Origin: Gammaproteobacteria bacterium
GTDB taxonomy: Bacteria > Pseudomonadota > Gammaproteobacteria > Steroidobacterales > XN24
NCBI GenBank assembly: GCA_037383845.1
Contig: JARRON010000012.1
Span: 752-64,751, forward strand
DNA: 64,000 nucleotides
Reading direction: 5' to 3'
A model generated the notes under the pieces. That model did no database searches. It had not been told where the DNA came from and saw only the letters and a program-made list of their open reading frames with translations. A program made the translations under genes and the position numbers. Shown one piece after another: positions 1-9,095 of the stretch. The number at the start of each line of letters is the position of its first letter. Within the stretch, counting starts at the first letter, position 1.

Positions 1-173
1 GCGGTCCGGCCGCCACCGGTGAAGCCCAGGTCCGTGCCGCCCACGGTCCGGATCTCTCCCAGGCGGTCGCGGCGTTCCACCCGATCCGCCAGCCGTTCCT
101 GCAGTCGGCGGGCCTGCCTCGGGGTGAGGTTCCAGCGATGCCGCACTGGCGCCGACGACCCGGGGTGACTCAT
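1..173 (-). CDS. nfi: endonuclease V, N-terminal 57 codons only (gene runs off the left edge)
   Basis: Reverse-strand ATG at 173-171 preceded by a GGGGAGAG SD-like run. My own translation is MSHPGSSAPVRHRWNLTPRQARRLQERLADRVERRDRLGEIRTVGGTDLGF..., which fits the N-terminal pattern of endonuclease V (..Q..L...V...D.L....(A/G)G.D(V/L)(G/S)F). Only a fragment is visible. Confidence 0.55.
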   Translation of the reverse strand, partial: MSHPGSSAPVRHRWNLTPRQARRLQERLADRVERRDRLGEIRTVGGTDLGFTGGGRT

Positions 174-394
174 CCCCGGCTCTCCCCGGCCCGGTCTGGC
201 CGGACGGAACAAGTCCGCGCGGCAGGCTTCCAGGTCACTGAAAAATAAAGCGCCATGCAGGCAGCGTCTCGGTAAACCCCTATGCCTGTCAATCAGGTCT
301 TTCAACCATTGAAGCCCGCCCTTCCGATACTAGGTTTGGGATGTCCCGGCGGGAGGGCTCCCGTCGGGCATAGACCACATTGGAGGAATACACC

Positions 395-898
395 ATGTCG
401 ACGGTACGTGAGCTGACCCCGAAGACCGAGGGCGCGCGCACGAAAGGCGTCGGCCGGACGAACAGGCCCTTCCTGGCCATCGAGGACTTCTTCGAGAACC
501 TCCTCGGGCGGCCGTGGATGATGGAGCCGACGAGCTGGAAGCGCCCGCTTTTCAGCGAACTCGAGGACATCGGACTGAAGTTCCCCAGGATCGACCTGGT
601 CGATCATGACAAGGAACTGATCGTCCGCGCCGAGCTTCCCGGCGTGAAAAAAGAGGAAATCGAAATCGACGTCGAGGACGACTTCCTCACCCTGCGCATC
701 GATCGGGATCTGAGCGAGGAGGAGAAGACGGGGCGCTACTATCGCTCCGAACTGGCCCACGGCTCGATGGAGCGGATGATTCCGCTGCCTGTCGACGTCG
801 TCGCCAACAAGGCGAAAGCGGAACTGAAGGACGGCATCCTGGAGATCGTCGTTCCCAAGGCCGTGAAGAGCAGCCACCACAAGGTGGAAGTCCGGTAG
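395..898 (+). CDS. small heat-shock protein, Hsp20/alpha-crystallin family
   Basis: ORF 380..898. ATG at 395 lies 6 nt after GGAGGA. Alpha-crystallin domain present: PRIDLVDHDKELIVRAELPGVKKEEIEIDVEDDFLTLR ... AELKDGILEIVVPK. Confidence 0.9.
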   Translation: MSTVRELTPKTEGARTKGVGRTNRPFLAIEDFFENLLGRPWMMEPTSWKRPLFSELEDIGLKFPRIDLVDHDKELIVRAELPGVKKEEIEIDVEDDFLTLRIDRDLSEEEKTGRYYRSELAHGSMERMIPLPVDVVANKAKAELKDGILEIVVPKAVKSSHHKVEVR

Positions 899-918
899 GA
901 CGTTCTCACTTCGCTCGC

Positions 919-939
919 CACCGCGCCAGGAGCGCGGTG
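919..939. terminator. GC-rich hairpin between convergent hsp20 and GNAT genes
   Basis: CACCGCGC-cagga-GCGCGGTG (8-bp stem, 5-nt loop). No U-tract on either strand, so terminator function is uncertain. Confidence 0.3.
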
Positions 940-1001
940 CTGACCGGCCGGAGCGCGCAATGCGCCCCGGCCGAGTCTTGTCAGGCACGTCCGCGGGCTG
1001 T

Positions 1002-1841
1002 CTAGCGGGGCTTGCCGGGGTCCCGGGCGGCCTTGCGCTGCAGTTGGTGCAGCACCGCCCTGGGCACGAGGGACTCCAGCTGTCGTTCGGCAGCCTGCAG
1101 CGGCTGGAGCAGTACGCCTTCCGCGGCAAGCCGGAACATGCGGATCACCGCCGCGGCGTTGCGGGCGAGCTGGGCCATGACGGGATCATCGTGCTCGGGG
1201 ACCGGCATCTCGAAGACCAGCGCGGAGTCTTCGCGGACAACGCCCACCTCCGACAGATAGGGTTCCAGCAGCCGGCGGATGCGAAGGTTTTCCGCGTGCA
1301 TCCGCCCCACCGCCCTGGCGACGCCGCGCTCGCTCATGGCCGCCAGGAGCCGGTGCAGGAGGATCCGCCCGATGCCAAGGCCCTGCCAGGCGTCCGCGAT
1401 GGTGATGGCGATCTCGCCGGCATCCGGATCTTCGGGGACCCGGACGAAGCGTGCCATGCCGATTCCGGAAAGCTCGTTCCCATCCTCGTCGAGCTCGACG
1501 GCGACGATGGCCACGTGGTCGTCATTCTCGGGCGACAGCAGCTGGTCCAGCTCCTGGGCCGACAGGCTGCGCTTGGGATAAAGCCAGCGCTGGATCCGGG
1601 ATTCGGCGGAGAGGTTCTCGAAGCCCTGAAGAAGCCCGTCCCGGTCGCCGGGGCCGACAATGCGCAGCCGCATCCGGGTGCCGCTGGGCAGCGGCAGTTC
1701 CTCGCGATAACCCTGCCTGAAGTAACGCGGCGCGTTCACGTGGGTGATTTCCTGGGGCTGCTGCAATGCAGCATAGCACGCCCGACGGACGTCGGCTATC
1801 AGGCCGGATCGCGGAACACCCGGACCTGGTAACGTGACCAT
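1002..1841 (-). CDS. GNAT family N-acetyltransferase of the Pat (protein lysine acetyltransferase) GNAT-domain type
   Basis: 279-aa ORF with ATG at 1841. Motifs: MRLRIVGPGD..FENLSAESRIQRW ... HVAIVAVE ... GIGMARFVR ... AEIAITIADAWQGLGIGRILLHRLL (Q/RxxGxG acetyl-CoA loop). Start is uncertain because it overlaps the AMMECR1 3' end by 43 nt; an in-frame GTG at 1739 is an alternative. Confidence 0.8.
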   Translation of the reverse strand: MVTLPGPGVPRSGLIADVRRACYAALQQPQEITHVNAPRYFRQGYREELPLPSGTRMRLRIVGPGDRDGLLQGFENLSAESRIQRWLYPKRSLSAQELDQLLSPENDDHVAIVAVELDEDGNELSGIGMARFVRVPEDPDAGEIAITIADAWQGLGIGRILLHRLLAAMSERGVARAVGRMHAENLRIRRLLEPYLSEVGVVREDSALVFEMPVPEHDDPVMAQLARNAAAVIRMFRLAAEGVLLQPLQAAERQLESLVPRAVLHQLQRKAARDPGKPR

Positions 1842-2374
1842 CTGAGAGTTTCGTGCCAGAAGTCCGCAGGAAGCCCTGCTTTTCGGCGAAGTTCGCGCAA
1901 GAAATCGACAGGATCAGGAAGCGTTGCCCAGACCTGGGGGAGGAAGGTTGCGCGCCGCTCGCCAAAGCTGACCACGAGGCCGTCGATCTCCGGCCGGAGC
2001 ACCGAACGCAGCTCAGCCTCGTTCCGGGCGGCCACGGGCTCCGGTTCGCCCAGTATCGACACATCCATCGACAGGGTCGTGACTTCCGCCGCCGCCACCG
2101 GCGGAAAGCGCGGATCGCCGTAGGCGCTGGCTCTTGCTGCGCGCCACACGTCCAGGCCGAGAGGACCCGTGGGCGCCAGGTGGCCGCAACAACCCCGGAG
2201 CCGGCCTTCCTGGTAAAGGCTGACGAAGCTGGCACCGGGGACGCGAAGACGAGGTGCCAGTTCGGCGGCCGAGGGTTCCCGGACCGCGGCACCGGCACCG
2301 GCGGACAGCGCATTCCGTGCGACGGCGATGACCGGTTCCCGGAGCTCGTCTGGTACCGAACGGGCTGGATTCAT
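1799..2374 (-). CDS. AMMECR1 domain protein
   Basis: C-terminal 191 codons of the 724-aa ORF 1799..3973. ATG at 2374 follows an AGGGG SD. Motifs: FVSLYQEGRLRGCCG, LSMDVSILGEPEP, DGLVVSFGERRATFLPQVW. The upstream 530 codons are Arg/Gly/Pro junk antisense to the rhomboid and putP genes. Confidence 0.85.
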   Translation of the reverse strand: MNPARSVPDELREPVIAVARNALSAGAGAAVREPSAAELAPRLRVPGASFVSLYQEGRLRGCCGHLAPTGPLGLDVWRAARASAYGDPRFPPVAAAEVTTLSMDVSILGEPEPVAARNEAELRSVLRPEIDGLVVSFGERRATFLPQVWATLPDPVDFLRELRRKAGLPADFWHETLRWSRYQVRVFRDPA

Positions 2375-2461
2375 ACCCCTGATATGGGTGCGCCGATGCG
2401 TCATCGCAAGATCCCGGGGTCCGGGTTTGTTTCCCGGCGCCCCGCCGGCGAGGATAGGACG

Positions 2462-3355
2462 ATGGATGCCGGCCACGACCCCGTCGAGGTGGTCTTCCGC
2501 GCGACGGGGCGGAGGCGGGCGGACGAGGTTGCCCTGGTGCTGATCGCGGTCGGATTGCGGCCGGCGGTGCTGGAGCTGGGCGAGAGCTGGATTGTCGTGG
2601 TGGCCGGCCACGAGGCGTCCCGGGCGCGGGCGGAACTCGCGGCGTGGCGGTCGGAAAACCGGCCCCGGCCGGCCCGTCAGGCCCCGGTGGCGGTGTCCTC
2701 CGGCGGGCCGGGGGTTGCAGGTTACGTCATCGTCCTGCTGGTCGTGGCCCTGGCCGCGGCGAATTTCGCCCTTGGGGCGAACTGGGTTGCCGCCGGCCGG
2801 ATCGACGGGGCGGCCATGAACGCGGGGCAGTGGTGGCGGGCGGTCACGGCGCTGACCCTGCATGCTGACTTCGAGCATCTTGCCGGCAACCTGTTCTTCG
2901 GCTCCGTCTTCGGATGGTTTGCGGGGCGCTACCTGGGCTCGGGCATCGCCTGGCTGGGTACGCTGGCCGGCGGTGCGGCCGGCAACATCCTTAACGTGGC
3001 GGTCATGGGCAAGTCCCACCTGGCCGTCGGTGCCTCCACCGCCGTATTCGCGGCCCTCGGCCTGTTGGCGACATGGGTGTGGGCAGGCCGGCGGGGCAGC
3101 CGGGAACCCTGGGGTTATCGCTGGGGCCCGGTGGTGGCGGCCGTCGCGCTGCTGGCCTACACCGGCGCCGGCGGCGAAAACACCGATGTTGGGGCCCACC
3201 TCTGGGGATTCGCGTCCGGGCTCGCCATTGGTCTCGGGGCGGCCCGCCTGCCCAGGTCGGTGCTTCTGTCCCGCCCCCTCCAGGCTGCCGCCGGCGCCGT
3301 CAGCCTGCTGGTTATCACCGGCGCCTGGCTGCTGGCGCTTTCCGCCGGCAGCTAG
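2462..3355 (+). CDS. rhomboid family intramembrane serine protease
   Basis: ATG at 2462 after AGGA, inside ORF 1853..3355. Motifs: QWWRAVTALTLHADFEHLAGNLFF, catalytic GASTAVFA (GxSxxxF) and downstream AHLWGF. Six or more hydrophobic helices. Confidence 0.85.
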   Translation: MDAGHDPVEVVFRATGRRRADEVALVLIAVGLRPAVLELGESWIVVVAGHEASRARAELAAWRSENRPRPARQAPVAVSSGGPGVAGYVIVLLVVALAAANFALGANWVAAGRIDGAAMNAGQWWRAVTALTLHADFEHLAGNLFFGSVFGWFAGRYLGSGIAWLGTLAGGAAGNILNVAVMGKSHLAVGASTAVFAALGLLATWVWAGRRGSREPWGYRWGPVVAAVALLAYTGAGGENTDVGAHLWGFASGLAIGLGAARLPRSVLLSRPLQAAAGAVSLLVITGAWLLALSAGS

Positions 3356-4818
3356 ACCGACGCCCGGGATGCCGGCGGCGCGACGGCCGGTCCGAGCCGA
3401 CCGAAGGCTGCTACCGCCAGCGACGAGGCGAGCACGCCGGGCACGATCTCGTAGAGGTCGAAGATGCCACCGGACAGCTGCTTCCACAGCACGACGGTGA
3501 CGGCGCCGGCGATGATGCCGGCGTAGGCGCCCGCCCGTGACATCCGGGGCCAGTAGAGCGAGGCGATGATGGTCGGCCCGAAGGAGGCGCCGAATCCCGC
3601 CCAGGCGTAGGCCACCAGGTCCAGCACCCTGCTTCCCGGGTCCATGGCCAGGAGAAAGGCGCCGATGGCAATGGCGACCACGGCGAAGCGGCCCACCCAC
3701 AACAGCTCCCTGCGGTCGGCTGCCGGCCTGAGCCAGTCCCGGTAGAGATCCTCCGATACCGCAGAGGACGCCACCAGCAGCTGGGAGTCCGCGGTGCTCA
3801 TGACCGCCGCCAGGATGCCGGCAAGGCAGACGCCGGCTATCACCGGGTGCAGCAGTACCGTGGCCATGACGATGAAAACCTTCTCGCTGTCGGGCCCCTC
3901 CAGCTCGGCATCCAGGAACGCGGCCCCCGACAAACCCACCACCGTGGCCGCCGCCAGCGCCACGATCACCCACGCCATGGCGATGCGGCGCGAGTCGGTG
4001 AGCTGGTCGGCCGACTGCGCCGCCATGAACCGGGCCAGGATGTGCGGCTGGCCGAAGTAGCCGAGACCCCAGCCCAGCAGCGACACCACCGCGACCCAGG
4101 TCATGGGCGCGCCTGCGACGTCCGTGAAGGCGTTCAGCAGCTCCGGGTTCTGCGCCGCCAGCGCCCGGGTCATGCCGTCGAAGCCCCCGAGGCTGGCCGT
4201 CGCCATGGCGGCGACGACCACCAGGGCGACGAACATGAGCGTCCCCTGCACGGCGTCGGTCCAGCTCACCGCCAGGAACCCGCCCAGGAAGGTGTAGCCG
4301 AGCACGGCCGCAGCACCCGCGGCGACCGCCCAGGTGTAGGACAGGCCGAACACCTCCTCGAACAGCTTGCCGCCGGCGACCAGCCCGGATGCGGTATAGA
4401 AGGTGAAGAAGGCAAGGATGACGAGGGCGCTCAGAAGTCGCAGGCCTCCACTGGCATCGGCGAAGCGCCGCTGCAGGTACTCGGGCAGGGTGATGGCGTC
4501 GGCATAGGACTCCGTGGCCTCACGCAGCCGCCGTGCGGTGAACCTCCAGTTCAGCCAGGTGCCTGCCAGCAGGCCGATCACCAGCCAGATGGATTCCAGC
4601 CCGGCCAGGTAGGCGTAGCCCGGCAGCCCCAGCAGCAGCCAGCCGCTCATGTCAGAGGCCTGTGCGGAGAGGGCCGTGACAAACCGGCCCAGGCGACGTC
4701 CCCCCAGGATGTAGTCCTTCAGGTCAGCGGTCCGTCGCCAGGCGATGACGCCGATGGCCAGCACGACGACGAGATAGACGACGAACGTCAGGGTGACGGC
4801 GGGTCCTGTTTCGATCAT
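3352..4818 (-). CDS. putP: sodium/proline symporter
   Basis: SSS-family protein that appears colinear with my recollection of E. coli PutP from MIETGP (ATG 4818). Motifs: DYILGGRRLG.FVTALSAQASDMSGWLL.GLPG, GYFGQPHILARFMAA, AAVMSTADSQLLV.SSA..EDLY, AWAGFGA.FGP. Confidence 0.92.
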   Translation of the reverse strand: MIETGPAVTLTFVVYLVVVLAIGVIAWRRTADLKDYILGGRRLGRFVTALSAQASDMSGWLLLGLPGYAYLAGLESIWLVIGLLAGTWLNWRFTARRLREATESYADAITLPEYLQRRFADASGGLRLLSALVILAFFTFYTASGLVAGGKLFEEVFGLSYTWAVAAGAAAVLGYTFLGGFLAVSWTDAVQGTLMFVALVVVAAMATASLGGFDGMTRALAAQNPELLNAFTDVAGAPMTWVAVVSLLGWGLGYFGQPHILARFMAAQSADQLTDSRRIAMAWVIVALAAATVVGLSGAAFLDAELEGPDSEKVFIVMATVLLHPVIAGVCLAGILAAVMSTADSQLLVASSAVSEDLYRDWLRPAADRRELLWVGRFAVVAIAIGAFLLAMDPGSRVLDLVAYAWAGFGASFGPTIIASLYWPRMSRAGAYAGIIAGAVTVVLWKQLSGGIFDLYEIVPGVLASSLAVAAFGRLGPAVAPPASRASV

Positions 4819-4925
4819 GCCTGGACGGCTTCCTCGCGGGCCGGGGCGGGAAAGCGCCGCATGGTAGCGCAAGCCGGGCGAAGACAACTTGTCGCGCCGC
4901 ATCATGTCGCGGATCATGCGCAGCC

Positions 4926-5999
4926 ATGGCGAAACCTGCCCTGACAGTGCTGGCCGGACCGGCGGCGCTCGAGACGCTGCGGCGGGACGGCTTCGACCGG
5001 GAGGCCTTCCGCGCCATGCTCGGCGCCTCCGGCGGAGCCAAGTGGCTCGTGCTGGGAAGGCTCGACCGGGCCATCGTGGACCGCGTGGTCAGCGGGCGGC
5101 GAAACCCGCTCTTCCTGCTGGGCTCATCCATCGGCGCCTGGCGTTTCTGCTGCTATGCCCAGCGGGATCCCGTGGCCGCTCTCGCCCGGTTCGAAGAGGC
5201 CTATTTCGGCCAGTCCTACAGCGCGAAGCCCACGCCGGCGGACATCAGCGCCGTGAGCCGCGGCATCCTGGAGGAGGTCGTCGGTCCCGACGGGGCGTCC
5301 GAGGCCCTGTCACATCCCACGCTCCGCTTTTCGGTCCTGGTGGCCCGGGCCCGGGGACTGATGGCGCGGCTGCCCGGCCGCCGGGCCCAGCAGCTGGGCC
5401 TGGTCGCGGCGGCGCTGGCCAATGCGCTGTCCCGCAATCTCCTCGGCGTGTTCTTCGAGCGGGTACTCTTCCACGATCCCAGGGACCCGCCGCCGTTGCG
5501 CCTGCCCGACGGGTTTCCCGGGCGCCGGGTGCCCCTGACGCCCGCCAACCTGGTTGACGCCGTGCTGGCCTCCGGCTCCATCCCCGGGGTTCTGGAACCG
5601 GTGACGGATATCCCGGGCGCGCCTGCGGGCGTCTACCAGGACGGCGGCATCATCGACTATCACTTCGACTACCCGCCGTCGGAGGAAGGCCTGGTGCTCT
5701 ATCCCCATTTCTACCCCTTCCTCGTCCCGGGATGGTTCGACAAGGCCCTGCGCTGGCGCAGGGTTGCCGGCCGGGCCCTGGACCGGGTGGTGCTGGTGTG
5801 TCCCTCGGAGGCCTTCGTGGCGGGCCTGCCAGGGGGCCGCATCCCGGACCGTCACGACTTCGTCAATTTCGACACAGGGGAGCGGCTTCGACGCTGGCGG
5901 ACAGCCGTCGACGCCTCGGAACGCCTGGCGGACGAGTTTGCAGAGCTCGTGGACACCGGGCGATTCGCCCAGCGGGCCCGGCCTTTCCCGGAAGGCTAG
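4926..5999 (+). CDS. patatin-like phospholipase
   Basis: 357-aa ORF. GxSxG nucleophile elbow (LGSSIGAW) and DGG motif (YQDGGIIDY). Confidence 0.8.
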   Translation: MAKPALTVLAGPAALETLRRDGFDREAFRAMLGASGGAKWLVLGRLDRAIVDRVVSGRRNPLFLLGSSIGAWRFCCYAQRDPVAALARFEEAYFGQSYSAKPTPADISAVSRGILEEVVGPDGASEALSHPTLRFSVLVARARGLMARLPGRRAQQLGLVAAALANALSRNLLGVFFERVLFHDPRDPPPLRLPDGFPGRRVPLTPANLVDAVLASGSIPGVLEPVTDIPGAPAGVYQDGGIIDYHFDYPPSEEGLVLYPHFYPFLVPGWFDKALRWRRVAGRALDRVVLVCPSEAFVAGLPGGRIPDRHDFVNFDTGERLRRWRTAVDASERLADEFAELVDTGRFAQRARPFPEG

Positions 6000-6087
6000 G
6001 GCCAAACTGGACTCGTTCCAAAACTCCTCTCGCCGCCATGGCTATACTGGATGGTCCTGACAGAATCGGCCCGCCGGAGGACAACCC

Positions 6088-6564
6088 ATGAGCGTCGCAA
6101 CCACCGTCCGCTACGCACTGTCGCTGACCCGGGTTGACTACGAGATCCTGCGTCACGCCCACACGGACACGTCTGCCGAGACGGCCCGGCAGGTCCACCT
6201 GGACCCGTGCTGCCTGGCCAAGGCAGTGGTGCTGAAGGATCACATCGGCTACCTGCTGGCCGTCGTGCCCGCCAGCGAGAAACTGGACGTGGCGCGGTTG
6301 TGCAAGGCGCTGCACCGGCCGACGCTGGCCCTGGTGCCGGAGACCGAGCTGGACGAGGTCTTCTACGACTGCGAGGTGGGTTCCGTGCCGCCCCTCGGAC
6401 CGGAATACCGTATCCCTACGGTGGTGGATCCGGGCCTCCGGGGAGTGGACGATGTGTACTTCGAGGCGGGCGACCACGAGAAGCTCGTTCACGTGGACCA
6501 GACGAGTTTCCGCCAGCTCATGCGGGGCGCGGAGTACCTGGACATCACTGCGTCGGCGGCCTGA
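6088..6564 (+). CDS. YbaK/ProX-type aminoacyl-tRNA deacylase domain protein
   Basis: 158-aa ORF. LAKAVVLKD..GYLLAVVPASEKLD..RL ... EVGSVPPLG ... VYFEAGDHEKLV follows the YbaK/EbsC domain pattern. Confidence 0.75.
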   Translation: MSVATTVRYALSLTRVDYEILRHAHTDTSAETARQVHLDPCCLAKAVVLKDHIGYLLAVVPASEKLDVARLCKALHRPTLALVPETELDEVFYDCEVGSVPPLGPEYRIPTVVDPGLRGVDDVYFEAGDHEKLVHVDQTSFRQLMRGAEYLDITASAA

Positions 6565-6696
6565 GCACGCCGGGGCAAAAGAAACGGACAGAGAAGCCGA
6601 TCCGGGAGGCTGACACACGGCTGAAGCAATCCCGGAGCACAGTGAGAGCCCGGAACGCGCCGGCGAGAGCGCGTGGGCTGGGAAGAGGGGGGAGAC

Positions 6697-6897
6697 ATGA
6701 AAGAGCACATCATCAGCCGGAAGCCACTGGTGCGGGTGACCAGCGCCCTGGGCCGTCTGGCGCCCTGTGAGCGCCTGCCGCTGCACGTCTTTCGCGCGGA
6801 CGGGGGATACTCGACGCGCCAGCGCGAGGATCACCGCCGGGTTGCCGGGCACGCGCCTGCCTGGTCTGGTCGCGCCGATGCCGGAGGGGACGCCTGA
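6697..6897 (+). CDS. hypothetical small protein (66 aa), weak call
   Basis: ATG at 6697 preceded by a GAGGGGGGAG purine run. Third-position GC is high in this frame by eye. No recognisable motif. It lies in an otherwise unassigned 630-bp gap. Confidence 0.25.
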   Translation: MKEHIISRKPLVRVTSALGRLAPCERLPLHVFRADGGYSTRQREDHRRVAGHAPAWSGRADAGGDA

Positions 6898-7196
6898 ACA
6901 CGGCTGCGGGCTCCCGGGCTGACTCCCGGATCCCGGACACCAGCCTTGCCGTTCGGACCTCCCGGCGCGCCTCCTGAGGCGTGGTCCGGCCGGCGGAGAC
7001 TCCTGCCCGACGGCGGCGCCCCGGAATGATGCTGGCCGCTTGCGCCGGGTAAGCCCGGCCGGCCGTCTCACCAGGCAGCGACACCCTGCCGGAGGCGGCT
7101 GCCTGATTGCCGCTGTGTGCCCGGCCGTGCTAGAAGACGCGCTCCCGGCCCCGCAAGGCCGGAGTTTCTTCCACTGCCGGAGCCCGACGAGGACGC

Positions 7197-9026
7197 ATGC
7201 CGCCACCGCCGGACCCCCACGGTATCGCCGTGATGATTCTCGCCGTCACGGCGCTGTTCCTGTTCAGCCGTGACCGCATTCCTCTTGAGACCTCTGCGCT
7301 GGTGGTCCTGGCGGTGCTGGTGCTCGGCTTCGAGGTCTTTCCCTACGAGCGGGCCGGCGTGCGGCTCGATGCCGGCGACTTCTTCGCGGGTTTCGGCAAC
7401 GCGGCCCTGATCACCGTCATGGCGCTTCTGGTGTGCACCCGTGGCCTGGAGTCAACCGGGGCGCTGCAGCCCGTGGCGGACCGGCTGGCCGTCCTCTGGG
7501 GCCACTCTCCGAAGATCGCCTTCCTGGCGGCCCTGGTGCTTTCCGCCGTGCTGAGCATGTTCCTCAACAACACGCCGGTGGTCGCGATGCTGCTGCCTAT
7601 CCTCGTCAGCGTCTGCATCCGCACCGGACAACCGGCGTCCTCGGTGCTGATGCCAGTGGGTTACGCCACCATCGTCGGGGGCATGTGCACCACCATCGGC
7701 ACCTCGACGAACCTCCTGGTGGTGGGGGTGGCGGCCGACCTGGGCCTGCCGCCCATGGGCATGTTCCATTTCACCCACATCGCCATCATCGCCGCCACTC
7801 TCGCCATCCTTTACCTGTGGCTGCTGGCGCCGAAGTTCATCCCTGACCGGACCTCCCCCATGCCGGACACGTCTCCCCGGGTGTTCGAGGCGGTGCTCCA
7901 CGTGGAGGAGGGCAGTTTCGCCGCCGGCCGGACGGTGTCGGAGGTCCTGGCGCGTACCGAGGGACAGATGCGGCTGGAGGGGATCGAGCGTGGCGACGGG
8001 CTTTTCGTGGCCCGCCTGCCCTCCCTGCGCATCCGCGCCGGGGACCGCCTCCACCTCAAGGACACCCCCAACCGGCTGAAGCGCTTCGAGTCCCAGCTGG
8101 ATGCCACCCTGGTGGACTCGGAACACCCGGGCCGGGCGCTGGCGGAGGGCGAGGCCTCCGGCGGGGGCGATCAGCGCCTTGCCGAGATCGTTGTGACCCG
8201 GGGATCTCCCCTGCATCGCCGCAGCCTCAAAACGGTGCCTTTCTTCGCCCATTACGGCCTGCTCCCGGTGGCGGTGCATCGCCCCCGCGCGCCCCGGGCG
8301 GACACCGAGGAGCTCGGCGACGTCTTCCTTCGGGCCGGAGACGTGGTGCTGGTCCAGGGATCCGCCGAGGGGCTCGAGCAGGTCAAGAGCCTGGGCAACG
8401 TCCTGGTGGTGGACGGCTCCCTGGATCTGCCGCACACGCGGAAAGCGCCTGTGGCCGGCGGGATCATGATCGGCGTCGTGGGCCTGGCGGCCCTCGGAAT
8501 CCTGCCCATCAGCCTCGCCGCGCTGTGCGGTGTGCTGGCCATGATCGTGACCGGCTGCCTCACCTGGCCCGCTGCGCTCGGCGCCCTGGACCGGCGCCTG
8601 ATCACGGTGATCGTGACCAGTCTCGCCCTGGGCAAGGCGCTGACCTTCACCGGGGGGACACGGTACGCGGCGGACGTGTTCGTCCACCTGGCCGAGCCTT
8701 TCCCCGTGGTCGTGGCACTGGGCTGCCTGATGCTGTTGGTCATGCTGCTGACTGAGGTGGTGACCAACAATGCCGCCGCGGTCCTGGGCACCCCGGTGGC
8801 GGTATTCATCGCCCAGCGGCTCGGGGTATCCCCAGAGCCATTCGTTCTTGCGGTGCTGTTCGGCGCCAACATGAGTTACCTGACGCCCATCGGCTACCAG
8901 ACCAACCTGATGGTCTTCTCGGCAGGCGGCTACCGGTTCACGGATTTCTTCCGGGCCGGCACGCCGCTGGACCTCATCATGTGGCCGACGCTGACATTCC
9001 TGCTGGCGTTCTTCTACGACCTGTAG
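7197..9026 (+). CDS. SLC13/DASS-type permease with central tandem TrkA-C (RCK C-terminal) domains
   Basis: 609-aa ORF. Hydrophobic N- and C-terminal halves (LNNTPVVAMLLPI ..., TEVVTNNAAAVLGTPVA, ANMSYLTPIGYQTNLMV) flank a soluble region of about 180 aa with two TrkA-C-like repeats (GRTVSEV...IERGD; SPLHRRSLK...GDVVLVQGS). Confidence 0.85.
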   Translation: MPPPPDPHGIAVMILAVTALFLFSRDRIPLETSALVVLAVLVLGFEVFPYERAGVRLDAGDFFAGFGNAALITVMALLVCTRGLESTGALQPVADRLAVLWGHSPKIAFLAALVLSAVLSMFLNNTPVVAMLLPILVSVCIRTGQPASSVLMPVGYATIVGGMCTTIGTSTNLLVVGVAADLGLPPMGMFHFTHIAIIAATLAILYLWLLAPKFIPDRTSPMPDTSPRVFEAVLHVEEGSFAAGRTVSEVLARTEGQMRLEGIERGDGLFVARLPSLRIRAGDRLHLKDTPNRLKRFESQLDATLVDSEHPGRALAEGEASGGGDQRLAEIVVTRGSPLHRRSLKTVPFFAHYGLLPVAVHRPRAPRADTEELGDVFLRAGDVVLVQGSAEGLEQVKSLGNVLVVDGSLDLPHTRKAPVAGGIMIGVVGLAALGILPISLAALCGVLAMIVTGCLTWPAALGALDRRLITVIVTSLALGKALTFTGGTRYAADVFVHLAEPFPVVVALGCLMLLVMLLTEVVTNNAAAVLGTPVAVFIAQRLGVSPEPFVLAVLFGANMSYLTPIGYQTNLMVFSAGGYRFTDFFRAGTPLDLIMWPTLTFLLAFFYDL

Positions 9027-9042
9027 CGGCTTCCGGCGACCA

Positions 9043-9072
9043 AAAAAACGGGGCGCCCTCGAGGGCGCCCCG
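9043..9072 (-). terminator. Rho-independent terminator serving the reverse-strand symporter gene
   Basis: Palindrome GGGGCGCCCTCGAGGGCGCCCC (9051-9072), followed on the minus strand by TTTTTTT (complement of 9043-9049). It sits between the convergent SLC13 and symporter genes. Confidence 0.65.
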
Positions 9073-9095
9073 CGTGGCCGAAGCAGTGGAAGGAA

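Noticed and set aside
300-394. Possible sigma-32 promoter or ROSE-type RNA thermometer in the hsp20 leader. There is a strong hairpin at 345-368 (10 bp including one G-U pair, loop GGGC).
   Set aside because: I found no convincing CTTGAA...CCCCAT-type promoter; the nearest is CATTGAAG with a poor -10 element. The hairpin ends 15 nt before the GGAGGA SD and does not sequester it, so ROSE-like occlusion is not supported by eye.
1853-2461. N-terminal 203 codons of ORF 1853..3355, which would extend the rhomboid protein.
   Set aside because: It is antisense to the AMMECR1 gene and compositionally junk. An ATG with an SD at 2462 gives a normal-length rhomboid protein.
2375-3973. Upstream 530 codons of the 724-aa reverse ORF 1799..3973.
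   Set aside because: The sequence is Arg/Gly/Pro/His-rich with no motifs. It lies antisense to the well-supported rhomboid and putP genes. Only the last 191 codons (AMMECR1) look like protein, so this is a typical high-GC shadow ORF.
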